A DNA stretch of 63,877 nt, counting the filler. It is 7 parts of 7 records of this genome, joined end to end, with 100 filler letters (N's around TTAATTAATTAA, not from the genome) between each part and the next. Parts side by side here need not be neighbours in the genome. Positions count along the whole stretch, not along the records: positions 51,032 to 58,032 come from SRR20825019_1216; positions 58,133 to 63,877 come from SRR20825019_1240; 5 more parts are not named here. One strand, 5' to 3'. Both the position numbers and the translations under genes were made by a program. A model generated the notes under the pieces. The model saw nothing but the letters and a program-made list of their open reading frames with translations, had not been told where the DNA came from and searched no databases. Shown in pieces: positions 55,141 through 63,877 of this stretch. The stretch's first letter is position 1. Each line of letters starts with the position of its first letter.

Positions 55141-56105
55141 GCGCCGCGCCTCAGCGCCTGCACCATCTGGGCCAGGATCGACACGGCAATCTCGGGCGGG
55201 CTGGCGGCCCCGATGTCCAGCCCCACAGGCCCCCTGATCCGTGCAATGGCAGCATCGTCAAAGCCTGCCTCCTGCAAACGGGCCACACGCGACGCATGGG
55301 TGCGTTTCGACCCCAGCGCGCCGATATAGAACGCCTCGGAGTTCAGCGCACGGTGCAGCGCAGGATCGTCCAGCTTGGGATCATGGGTCAGCAGCACCAG
55401 CGCGGTGCGGGCGTCCAACCCGACACTGTCCAGCGCCTCGTCGGGCCAGTCGTCCAAGATCGTCTCGCCGGGAAACCGGGCCTCGGACCCGAATGCCCCA
55501 CGCGGGTCGATCACCACCGGATCATATCCTGCAATCCGTGCCATAGGCAGCAGCGCCTGCGCGATATGCACGGCCCCCACCACGATCAGCCGCAAGGGCG
55601 GGTTGTGGATGTGCACAAAGGTACTGCCGTCCTCTTCGACCCCCGAGCGGTCCATGGCAAAGCGGCTCTCGTGCCCTTCGCCCACCACAGACCGCGACCA
55701 ATCGGCGGTGTTGACCACATAGGCCACTTGCCTGCGCGCCGCCCTTGCCTGCACGATCTGTTGCAACGTGCCCACGTCCAGCGCGGCCCCCACGGGTTCA
55801 ACCAGAATGCGGATGGTGCCACCACAGGCCAGCCCCACGGCAAAAGCATCGCCGTCGCTGACCCCGTATTTCAGCAAACGCGGCGCGCCATCGGCCAGCG
55901 CGTCCTGCGCCTCCATCACCACAGCGCCTTCGACACATCCGCCCGAGACCGAGCCCATCATTTCGCCGTCACCCGACACCACCAGCATCGCACCGGTGCG
56001 ACGCGGCGCGCTGCCCCATGTCTCGACCACGGTGGCCAGCGCCGCCCCGCGCCCTGCGCGGTGCCACTCCAGCGCCAGTTCGGGTGCGTTTTCAAAGATA
56101 TCCAT
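55137..56105 (-). CDS. xdhC: XdhC/CoxF family Moco-insertion chaperone
   Basis: TWGSAPR, GSVSGGCVEG, GLACGG, THDPKLDD, YIGALGS, GLDIGA; start MDIFE at 56105. Confidence 0.92.
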   Translation of the reverse strand: MDIFENAPELALEWHRAGRGAALATVVETWGSAPRRTGAMLVVSGDGEMMGSVSGGCVEGAVVMEAQDALADGAPRLLKYGVSDGDAFAVGLACGGTIRILVEPVGAALDVGTLQQIVQARAARRQVAYVVNTADWSRSVVGEGHESRFAMDRSGVEEDGSTFVHIHNPPLRLIVVGAVHIAQALLPMARIAGYDPVVIDPRGAFGSEARFPGETILDDWPDEALDSVGLDARTALVLLTHDPKLDDPALHRALNSEAFYIGALGSKRTHASRVARLQEAGFDDAAIARIRGPVGLDIGAASPPEIAVSILAQMVQALRRGA

Positions 56106-56266
56106 CTGCGTTCTCCCTGACGTGCGTGGCAAATCGTCGGCCCGCACGCCGCGTTTGATCTCAAGCTAAGCAGCGCGCGGGTCGCCCGCAAGCTTAGTCG
56201 CTTGCACAGTGCCCTTATGGCCCCTAAATCTAGGGAGAACACCAAGACCAGACTGGAGAGCCGCAT

Positions 56267-56509
56267 ATGGCCATGCAAGCCAAGGACATCGAAGACCTGA
56301 TCCGGTCGTCCTTTCCTGACGCCAAGATCACGATCACCGACCTTGCGGGGGACGGCAACCACTATGCCGCCGAGGTGATTGATGCGTCTTTCAAAGGCCA
56401 GAACCGTGTGCAGCAACAACGCGCCGTCTATGCCGCGCTCAAGGGCAAGATGGACGGCAGCCAGGGCGAATTGCACGCGCTGGCCCTGACCACCAAAGCG
56501 CCGGAGTAG
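56267..56509 (+). CDS. bolA: BolA family protein
   Basis: DLAGDGNHY, FKGQNRVQQQR, LHALAL. Confidence 0.93.
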   Translation: MAMQAKDIEDLIRSSFPDAKITITDLAGDGNHYAAEVIDASFKGQNRVQQQRAVYAALKGKMDGSQGELHALALTTKAPE

Positions 56510-56516
56510 CCCCGCG

Positions 56517-56762
56517 ATGGACCTTGCCCTGATCATCGCACTTGGCGGCGGCGTGCTGCTGTTCGCGGTGCTCAGGGCGGCCCAGTCCATCCGGCACCAC
56601 AAAGACAGCGAACGCGGCTCTGATCCCGGCACGGGCTATCACGAGATCGAGGCCAACTATCACTCAGGCGGGGGCGGCGGCGGACATTCCTATACCTTCA
56701 AGGTGCCGCGCGACCCGCAGGAATATGCAAAAACCTTTGTACCAAGGAACAAACGCAAATGA
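56517..56762 (+). CDS. Small single-TM hypothetical protein
   Basis: N-terminal TM; sits between bolA and grxD, stop overlaps the grxD start (ATGA). Confidence 0.7.
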   Translation: MDLALIIALGGGVLLFAVLRAAQSIRHHKDSERGSDPGTGYHEIEANYHSGGGGGGHSYTFKVPRDPQEYAKTFVPRNKRK

Positions 56763-57121
56763 CCGATGCAACAACACAGATCAAAGACACCGTGACCAGC
56801 AACGACGTTGTGCTGTTCATGAAGGGCACCAAATCCATGCCGCAATGCGGTTTTTCCAGCCGTGTGGCCGGGGTGCTGAACTATATGGGCGTCGAGTTCA
56901 CCGACGTGAACGTGCTGGCCGATGACGGTATCCGCCAGGGCATCAAGGATTACTCCGACTGGCCGACGATCCCCCAGCTTTACGTCAAGGGCGAATTCGT
57001 TGGCGGCTGCGACATCATCACCGAGATGACCCTGTCGGGCGAGCTGGACACGTTGTTCGAACAGAACGGCGTGGCTTACGACAAGGACGCCGCAGAAAAG
57101 ATCCGCGAAGCCAACGGCTGA
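56759..57121 (+). CDS. grxD: Monothiol glutaredoxin
   Basis: [19 protein letters not shown]. Confidence 0.97.
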   Translation: MTDATTQIKDTVTSNDVVLFMKGTKSMPQCGFSSRVAGVLNYMGVEFTDVNVLADDGIRQGIKDYSDWPTIPQLYVKGEFVGGCDIITEMTLSGELDTLFEQNGVAYDKDAAEKIREANG

Positions 57122-57141
57122 GGCGGTTTCAGACTGACGTT

Positions 57142-57170
57142 GAAGGGCTGGCCTTGTGCCGGCCCTTTTT
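57142..57170 (+). terminator. Rho-independent terminator
   Basis: AAGGGCTGGC-loop-GCCGGCCC followed by TTTTT after grxD. Confidence 0.75.
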
Positions 57171-57238
57171 CGTTTCGACAGATATCGTCCGGCAGATTAT
57201 GCCTTGAACATCCAAAAGAACTTGGCCTTTCTCCACCT

Positions 57239-57757
57239 ATGGCTTTGCGCGCACCCGACATCTCAGATGCATCCAGCATCGCAGCGATCTCGATCGAGGT
57301 TTGGGTTGGCACTTATCTGAAACGCGGTGTGAACGGGTTCTTTGCCGACTACGTTCTTGAACAGTTCACCACCGCGAAGATCGCGGCGCTGATCGACGAT
57401 CCTGACCGGTTCATCCTTGTTTCCGAAAATGCAGAGGGGATCGACGGATTTATTTGTGTCGCCTCATCAAGCGTGGCACCCATAGAGGGGTGTTCGGACG
57501 TGGGGATTGCGACATTCTATGTGCAACCGCGCCATCACGGCAAAGGGATCGGGACACAGCTTCTGAAGGCAGCGCTGGACCATTGCCGCGCTTGCAATGC
57601 CGGATCTGTCTGGCTGGCAACCAATACCGAAAATGATCCGGCTATCGCATTCTACTTGTCCCAAGGTTTTGAGAAAGTTGGCGAAACGCATTTTCGTATC
57701 GGCGACGAGGGTTATCTGAACAACGTTTATGCCTATCGGTTCGGTTCAGTTCAATAA
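57239..57757 (+). CDS. GNAT family N-acetyltransferase
   Basis: FYVQPRHHGKGIGTQLL, NDPAIAFYLSQGF. Confidence 0.9.
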   Translation: MALRAPDISDASSIAAISIEVWVGTYLKRGVNGFFADYVLEQFTTAKIAALIDDPDRFILVSENAEGIDGFICVASSSVAPIEGCSDVGIATFYVQPRHHGKGIGTQLLKAALDHCRACNAGSVWLATNTENDPAIAFYLSQGFEKVGETHFRIGDEGYLNNVYAYRFGSVQ

Positions 57758-57838
57758 CGCATGTTAAACGCCCGCAGGCCTTGCATTCTCGGTCTGTGAG
57801 GAAGGTCTGAAAAAGCCCAGAACGACCTTGCCACACAG

Positions 57839-58012
57839 GGCAGCGCCCGACTGCGAGTGGGCATAAATACTTATGTAACTGGCACTTTATGTTTCGTCTT
57901 TGGCGTGGGACTGCTGAATCTCAATACGGTGAGAAAGCGCCCGCCCTTCGCACCAAAGGTGCGCCGACTGTTTTAGGCACGCCTTCGGCGTGACGGGCAG
58001 TAGGGCGCTGCC
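57839..58012. repeat. Palindromic REP/MITE-like element
   Basis: GGCAGCGCCC (57839) and GGGCGCTGCC (58003) inverted ends; internal hairpins CGCACC-AAA-GGTGCG and CACGCC-TTC-GGCGTG. Confidence 0.5.
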
Positions 58013-58032
58013 TCTCACACATTGCAAAGCAA

Positions 58033-58132
58033 NNNNNNNNNNNNNNNNNNNNNNNNNNNNNNNNNNNNNNNNNNNNTTAATTAATTAANNNNNNNNNNNN
58101 NNNNNNNNNNNNNNNNNNNNNNNNNNNNNNNN
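58033..58132. other. Artificial contig spacer
   Basis: N run, TTAATTAATTAA, N run. Confidence 0.99.
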
Positions 58133-58144
58133 AAAAAAATATCA

Positions 58145-59779
58145 ATGTCCAACGCTATGAAGACTCCACCCCCAGTGACCATGTCCATCCTCTCGGCCCA
58201 CAGCCTCCGTGTCTCGGCCGTCGTCACAGAGGTAAACTCCAAGCCCCCCAACCAAAAGATATCCATCCGTAAAGCGACTGTCAGCCATCAGATTCATAAC
58301 AACGATTGGAAGGATAAATGCCATCGAGTGGATGTATCGTCTCTCAAGGACATACTGGGGTTCAAGCAAGGCCAAGACCGGTCAGGTAACCCCTGCACAC
58401 TTGCGGTATGTGAGGGGCAAGTGACTATGAAGCAGCTCGTCGAGGCTTGCCTTCCCTTTGGTCTGATACCCTACTGTGTTCCAGAGTTTCCCGACTTTAC
58501 AGTCGCAGGCCTCATCAACGGGGAGGGGATCCAGACTTCAGCCTTCCGGTATGGCCTGTTCACACACAGTGTCATGGAGATGGAGATCGTTTTGGGAAAC
58601 GGCACCATTATTTCATCTGCCACTCATTTGAATGAGCATGCTGAACTCTTCACCAACGTGATTGAATCCTATGGAACCCTTGGTATCGTCACCTGTGCAA
58701 CCATCGCCCTCCGACCAGCTCTTCCCTTCGTCCGCACCGAGTACACACTCTTTAAAAATCTCCCAGAATTCACCAAAACCTTCGATGCGACTGTGAGGGC
58801 AATGGATGGAGATTTCCTCGAGGGGCTTGTGCTCTCTGACAAAACCTACCTCATGATTCACAGCCATTTCGTGAAGGAGATTGGAAATCTTCCCTCCTTC
58901 GACCCCCAACCGTTTGACGAGGGTGAGTTTGGAGAGCGCTACTACTACCAATACATTCAGCAGAATGTAATTGCCCCCGATCAGACGAAACTCAAAATCC
59001 ATCAAGATGTTATCCCAACTGAAAGCTTTGTTTTCAGGAGCTGCAGGGGAATGTGGTGGATGGTGGAGACGATCGTTGGCTGCAAGGCACTAACCAACCA
59101 ACCATGGTTCCGAAAAGCCTGTGACAAGAAAGCCCTCAAGGCGATGAAAACCTCAGGGTTCAGACCCAACGGTCATCTAAGCGTGGAGCAGTTGCAACGC
59201 TCGGTTGTAAACCAAGATATGGGAGTGAAGCTGTCTCGTCTGGAGGAGGGTATATTATACGTGGAGCAGCACCTGGGTGTGTACCCCCTCTGGCTATGCC
59301 CCGTTTCTATCAAGTCCTCCCTTGCCTACTCCCCAGCCCAGCTGGCTTTACATCCTGATCGTAGTAAGGCCCTTGGAGACGACTTTCAGGTCGATATTGG
59401 GGTGTATGGGGAGCCAACTGTAAGCCCATTTTATCACCGCCGTGTTGTTAAGGCCCTTCAGGAGTTTGTGGATGTGCCAAGTGATTGGGGCATCAGCTAC
59501 AAGGATCCAGAGACCGTGCGGCTAGAGTGGGCGCCCCTCCGTGAGAAGTACCACGCTACCTCCGCCTTCAACAGTCTTGATGAAAAGATATCCTTCCGGT
59601 CCGCAGATGTGGATGCAGCCAACTGTGAGCTACCCATTTCACAATGGCGTCTTGTTGATGCGTTTGGTTGGCATTGGAAGTCTATCCTCGCAGGCGCTAC
59701 GGCTTGTGGAGTGATCATCTTGGTGTTTATTTCGTGGTTTGTGTGGCAGACCGCAGAACTGGTGCGTGCACGACTCTAA
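58145..59779 (+). CDS. Delta24-sterol reductase-like FAD oxidoreductase (DHCR24/DWF1 family)
   Basis: VPEFPDFTVAGLINGEGIQTSAFRYGLF, SYGTLG, VYPLWLCP, DIGVYG; C-terminal TM. Confidence 0.82.
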   Translation: MSNAMKTPPPVTMSILSAHSLRVSAVVTEVNSKPPNQKISIRKATVSHQIHNNDWKDKCHRVDVSSLKDILGFKQGQDRSGNPCTLAVCEGQVTMKQLVEACLPFGLIPYCVPEFPDFTVAGLINGEGIQTSAFRYGLFTHSVMEMEIVLGNGTIISSATHLNEHAELFTNVIESYGTLGIVTCATIALRPALPFVRTEYTLFKNLPEFTKTFDATVRAMDGDFLEGLVLSDKTYLMIHSHFVKEIGNLPSFDPQPFDEGEFGERYYYQYIQQNVIAPDQTKLKIHQDVIPTESFVFRSCRGMWWMVETIVGCKALTNQPWFRKACDKKALKAMKTSGFRPNGHLSVEQLQRSVVNQDMGVKLSRLEEGILYVEQHLGVYPLWLCPVSIKSSLAYSPAQLALHPDRSKALGDDFQVDIGVYGEPTVSPFYHRRVVKALQEFVDVPSDWGISYKDPETVRLEWAPLREKYHATSAFNSLDEKISFRSADVDAANCELPISQWRLVDAFGWHWKSILAGATACGVIILVFISWFVWQTAELVRARL

Positions 59780-59993
59780 AACGCAACAACCTATTGTGTC
59801 CTTCTTTTTTCCTGCGTCCCTCTTTTCCACACATACTTGGTGATTATATCATCGAATTCGCACTTTTAGTCGTAACTTATAGCTGTTTATCAATGTTCCG
59901 TCATTACATTAAAAATGTTGTCAATCATGAGCCTGTATTTGAATCTCACACATATGTATTTTACTCACCCTCACTTTATGTAAAGTTTAAGCA

Positions 59994-61004
59994 ATGGCCG
60001 CTGCCCCCCAGATGGCCGCCGCCGCCTTCGGCGCCGTCGGACTCGGAGCTTTCATCTACTCCCAGGTTAACTCCGCCCCCGTGGTCGCTCCCAAGAACCA
60101 GGCTTTCGTCTTCGTCAAGCCCCACGCCGTCACCGATAAGGTCAACGCCCTCGTGCGTCAGGACCTCGAGGCCAAGGGTATTAAGGTCCTTGCCGAGGGA
60201 GAGCTCTCCTCCGAGACCATCGATAAGGAGAAGCTTATCGACCAGCACTACTACGCCATCGCCTCCAAGGCCACCATCCTCAAGCCCGAGGACATGAACG
60301 TCCCCGCCGACAAGTTCGAGGGATTCTTCGGTGAGTCTTGGGACAAGGCCATGTCTAACAAGAAGGTCTTCAACGCCCTCGACGCCTGCGCCAAGCTCGG
60401 CGTCAGCAGCGAGGAGATGGCTAAGCTCTGGGCTGATGCCAAGAAGAACAAGAAGCTCGTCAAGTTCGGCGGTGGCTTCTACTGCGGAGAGGTCTCCTAC
60501 AAGAAGGAGAAGCTTTACGTCTTCAACGGTTTCTTCATGGAGATGCGTAACGCCTTCACTGCCCCCAACCAGAAGATCCACTACTACTCCGTCGAGTGGG
60601 ACGAGAAGACTCTCCCCTGGTCCGACTTCCGTGGCAAGCTCCTCGGCCCCACCGACCCCAAGGATGCCCCCAAGGACTCCCTCCGCGGTAAGGTCCTCGC
60701 CGACTGGAAGAAGCTTGGCCTCGCCTCCGAGCCCAACGTCGGAGACAACGCCGTTCACGCCTCCGCCTCCCCCTTCGAGGCTATGGCTGAGCGCATGAAC
60801 TGGATGGGTGTCAAGTGCGCCAACGACGCCTTCTGCACTGCCCTCACCGCCTCTGGCATCTCCGAGGCTGTCGTCAAGGCCTGGTCCGTTGACCCCCAGG
60901 TCAAGATCGGTGACGGAAAGAAGAAGTCCCTCTTCGACTCCCTTGAGGATATGGACGCCTCCGTGTGCCTTGCCAAGGCCAAGGAGCTCAACTCCCTTAA
61001 CTAA
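59994..61004 (+). CDS. Nucleoside diphosphate kinase-like protein with a large insertion
   Basis: AFVFVKPHA, FRGKLLGPTDP..AP..SLRG, NAVHASAS; extreme C-ending codon bias. Confidence 0.82.
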   Translation: MAAAPQMAAAAFGAVGLGAFIYSQVNSAPVVAPKNQAFVFVKPHAVTDKVNALVRQDLEAKGIKVLAEGELSSETIDKEKLIDQHYYAIASKATILKPEDMNVPADKFEGFFGESWDKAMSNKKVFNALDACAKLGVSSEEMAKLWADAKKNKKLVKFGGGFYCGEVSYKKEKLYVFNGFFMEMRNAFTAPNQKIHYYSVEWDEKTLPWSDFRGKLLGPTDPKDAPKDSLRGKVLADWKKLGLASEPNVGDNAVHASASPFEAMAERMNWMGVKCANDAFCTALTASGISEAVVKAWSVDPQVKIGDGKKKSLFDSLEDMDASVCLAKAKELNSLN

Positions 61005-61167
61005 AACACACTATCTGGTTAACCACCTCACGTTACACTTTGTCCCATATTGTGGCTGCTTCGGGCTACGATATGGAGAAAACTTTTGAATGGTACGGCT
61101 TTGAATCAAACTTTTATTATCCCCTCTCAATTATTTAACTTCAGTACTTTTTCACACCACCTAGTCA

Positions 61168-62283
61168 ATGGCATCGCAGCCAACGATTTCAATAAATGAA
61201 GCATTCAAGGCCTCAAAAAACTACGACATTCGAACCCTCAAGAACTTCGTAAAACAAGAGCGAACCAACCTCACACAACATTATCACGCCTCTGAGGTTG
61301 AACAAGAGTTAAGAATTTTGTTAAATCAGCAGGATGAAAGTGGAGCAACGATGCTACACTGGGCATGCTACTGCGGGGCGTTGGATGCCGTTCAGCTTCT
61401 ATGCGCATCTGGGAGCTCTCCTGCCTCAATGGAAATTGGAGGTAAGGTTCCCCTACACTGGGCAGCCTATGAAGGACACTATGACGTGTGTAAGTTCATG
61501 CTGGACAAACTGCCTGCGATGGGGATTAAGGTCGATCCCGTATTTGAGGAACAGGACGGGCTTACACCTTGCCATTTAGCCGTCATTGGCCACCACGATG
61601 AAGTCGCACGTTTGTTTCCCAACTACGATTCTGTAATGGCGAGGTCCAGGACGTCTTTAGATCCTATTGAAATTTTAGTGGATCCGAATACGCACGCACA
61701 CCTATCTCCATCACGGTCTGCTCCTAGGGCTGTGTCCGTTGACATGGGGACGAACACAGAGGAGCTTCGATTGGAAGCAGAGGCTGCAGCTTCGGCAGCA
61801 GCAGTAGCGGAGAACGAAAGGAGGCTCCAACACGAATTAGAATTGGAACGAGGACGGTCAGAAGCAGCTGACAGACAGCGACGCAAAGACAAACGTAAGA
61901 AGAAGCGAGAGCATGAAAGGGAACAGCTCATGCAGGCACTGCTGTTAGCCTTGGCAGCCCAAAATACAGTGCCGTCCCCTTCTACGGAAGGAACCAGGTA
62001 CGAGGAAGGAAACCCAGCTGCGAATGATGAGGAATACTACGATGAGGAGCCACGGCCTTCAATTCGCTGGGCTCCTGAAAATCTTCAGCAAAGTCAACGT
62101 GAATCAGAGTACGCCCAACTTGAGTCAGAACGCCAGCGACAGCTTGAGGAAATTAGGTCACGCTCTCGAGCCTCGTATTTTCTCCGTCGAGACAACAGTC
62201 CATCTCGCCCCCCATGGAAGCCTCCTGCAAGCACGTACATCGCCAAGACCCTCCGTGACAATCAGCGCCCGCCTCTTAAGTAG
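61168..62283 (+). CDS. Ankyrin-repeat protein with coiled-coil tail
   Basis: GATMLHWAC, GKVPLHWAA, GLTPCHLAV. Confidence 0.85.
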   Translation: MASQPTISINEAFKASKNYDIRTLKNFVKQERTNLTQHYHASEVEQELRILLNQQDESGATMLHWACYCGALDAVQLLCASGSSPASMEIGGKVPLHWAAYEGHYDVCKFMLDKLPAMGIKVDPVFEEQDGLTPCHLAVIGHHDEVARLFPNYDSVMARSRTSLDPIEILVDPNTHAHLSPSRSAPRAVSVDMGTNTEELRLEAEAAASAAAVAENERRLQHELELERGRSEAADRQRRKDKRKKKREHEREQLMQALLLALAAQNTVPSPSTEGTRYEEGNPAANDEEYYDEEPRPSIRWAPENLQQSQRESEYAQLESERQRQLEEIRSRSRASYFLRRDNSPSRPPWKPPASTYIAKTLRDNQRPPLK

Positions 62284-62465
62284 TTTACCCTCCCGCAGCT
62301 TCTTTGTTTGATGATCGTAAACCTCTCATCGAGTCGATTGTATTATTACACACCTTAAGATTATTTTTTATGTTGCAACCTATATCAAAAAACTAATCCC
62401 TGCTGTTAAGTATCAACTTCTCCTTCTCACTGTTTCAGAATTTCAATCAATTTAATTCACTAAGA

Positions 62466-63566
62466 ATGCCCTCTCCGACCGTAATTATACCTGCAGGCTG
62501 CGATGGGCCTCGCTTCAACAATGGAATGCCCATGTGGATGCGACGGCTTCCAACTGGCCGAGGACTTATACTTGATCAAATTGTGGGGGAAGATCTTGAT
62601 CTCTCTGACGTGGGATGTGTGGTTCTCGTAGTACTTACGCGCCACGTTGAGAGCTACTTTAGTGGAAGCCAAGATAGCATCGCCCGTCTGCTTGAAAAAG
62701 CCGTTGCGAAGAACCCAACCGGTGGCAACGTTCAGTGCAAAATTATCGCATTGGACAAAGAGGAATCCAGTGGCCCCGATACTGTTGCGGCTGCTATCCA
62801 ACAAGGAAACATCTCTGGACCTATTTTCATTAAAGACAATGATGGATCGTTCAAGCACAAGGTAGGCACTTCTGGCAACTACGTTGTGGGTCTCTCACTG
62901 GGTTCAGGCAAGTCAAATGGCTCTGGCATCATGGAGGCGACAACTTCAATTGACACGCTTCTCACAAAGTCGTTCATTCAACGAACTGGGAGTCTACTGA
63001 CAAACATTGTTGAAAAGAAATTGGTAAGCAACATGATTGCGGTTGGGGGCTTTTTCTTTGAAAGCGCCAATGATTTTATTACTGCCGTTGAGGCCCTGCA
63101 GGAAACAGAGGGGCAACTTCGCGTCACCCTCCCACAACCCACAGCTTTCACCCGAAAATTCATCTCGCATGTCATTCAGCGCATGCTCCTATCCAACACT
63201 GCCTTCGCTGTTACCACCACCGATGCCTTTGACGATTGGAAGACTGAACAGACATGGGAAGCGTATTCAAAATCCTTCTCCACTGTAGTCAGGTCTATTG
63301 AATTAGATATTCTAAACCTGGCGTACACATCAACCCCTGACCAACTAGAAGCAAATTGCTCTGAGGAAGGAAGCTGGTTGATTCAAGGGGACTCCAACAT
63401 TACTGTTCAGCATTTACGGAAACTTCGCCACACATACGGCAATCGCTGCACAATAATACTCACAACCTCTTCTATAAATGAAGAAGCCGTTAGAAGATTC
63501 CTTGGACGATTTGAAATACCTTGCACCAGACTTCTCCTGGGAATTGCCCATGGCCGTACCATGTAA
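62466..63566 (+). CDS. Degenerate NTP-transferase/GT-A fold fused to a HAD-like C-terminal domain
   Basis: IIPAGCDGPRF, FIKDND, NIVEKKLVS..VGGFFF, FISHVIQRML, DDWKT; then IILTTS..IPCTRLLLG. Confidence 0.6.
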   Translation: MPSPTVIIPAGCDGPRFNNGMPMWMRRLPTGRGLILDQIVGEDLDLSDVGCVVLVVLTRHVESYFSGSQDSIARLLEKAVAKNPTGGNVQCKIIALDKEESSGPDTVAAAIQQGNISGPIFIKDNDGSFKHKVGTSGNYVVGLSLGSGKSNGSGIMEATTSIDTLLTKSFIQRTGSLLTNIVEKKLVSNMIAVGGFFFESANDFITAVEALQETEGQLRVTLPQPTAFTRKFISHVIQRMLLSNTAFAVTTTDAFDDWKTEQTWEAYSKSFSTVVRSIELDILNLAYTSTPDQLEANCSEEGSWLIQGDSNITVQHLRKLRHTYGNRCTIILTTSSINEEAVRRFLGRFEIPCTRLLLGIAHGRTM

Positions 63567-63690
63567 AACTAAACTGTCAACTACCAGTAACACTATAAAC
63601 TTCTTGTAATTTGAAAACTTAATTCAACTAATTTTAAATGGGTTCTTCAAGCAACGGGGTTTCAGACAGGGTTGAGGGTCAATAAACTTT

Positions 63691-63876
63691 TTATGGCATT
63701 GTTGTGGACGCCAGGGGTTGGGTTGGAGAGACATCTCCTCGGCTACAACGTTCAACGCACCCCCTCTTCACGCTGTGAATGGTGAATCCTTCCGACTGGA
63801 GCTCGTTCAGGGTGAGGGTGTGGTCCGCTTGGGTCATAATCGAAATTGGGGGCAGAGCGGCAAGGTGGGCGACCAA
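63691..63876 (-). CDS. Probable C-terminal fragment of an unknown gene (window edge)
   Basis: Frame is open to the window end and converges on an AT-rich intergenic region; no recognisable motif. Confidence 0.35.
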   Translation of the reverse strand: MVAHLAALPPISIMTQADHTLTLNELQSEGFTIHSVKRGCVERCSRGDVSPTQPLASTTMP

Positions 63877-63877
63877 G

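Noticed and set aside
12658-58132. Six recurring TTAATTAATTAA motifs and apparent bacterial-eukaryote juxtapositions (possible HGT)
   Set aside because: These are identical N-padded linkers joining unrelated contigs; adjacency across them has no biological meaning.
47514-59779. Two sterol enzymes (nvd and DHCR24-like) as a gene cluster
   Set aside because: They lie on different contigs with different intron density, separated by a bacterial contig.

Overview
This window is not one locus. It is seven unrelated contigs joined by 100-nt artificial spacers (N44-TTAATTAATTAA-N44) at 12658-12757, 19667-19766, 24781-24880, 45604-45703, 50932-51031 and 58033-58132. (1) 1-12657: GC-rich alphaproteobacterial DNA with a LysR-flanked catabolic cluster (TRAP transporter, two CMD/AhpD-like genes, RidA, Cds1-like PLP enzyme, flavoprotein monooxygenase, atypical M19 hydrolase), then MATE, ExoD and a partial MarR. 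(2) 12758-19666: alphaproteobacterial IclR-flanked acyl-CoA catabolic cluster. (3) 19767-24780: Devosia/Rhizobiales-like asmA, RHH, sspB and the 3' tip of ssrA. (4) 24881-45603: protist DNA with short GT-AG introns, encoding a tandem TrmY-like SPOUT protein, mitochondrial EF-G2, a 3299-aa IP3R/RyR-like channel, a ubiquitin-like protein and PEX13. (5) 45704-50931: protist DNA with a 7-exon Neverland/DAF-36-like Rieske sterol desaturase and a ~200-nt foldback. (6) 51032-58032: Roseobacter-like form II coxSL, xdhC, bolA, grxD and a GNAT gene. (7) 58133-63877: intronless eukaryotic genes (DHCR24-like, NDK-like, ankyrin, NTP-transferase/HAD-like fusion). The most notable items are the eukaryotic double-TrmY protein, the IP3R/RyR-like channel with a ZZ-like finger insertion and apparent loss of IP3-binding residues, and the bacterial sulfur-linked cluster. 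All family calls are from motif recognition by eye; no database searches were run.
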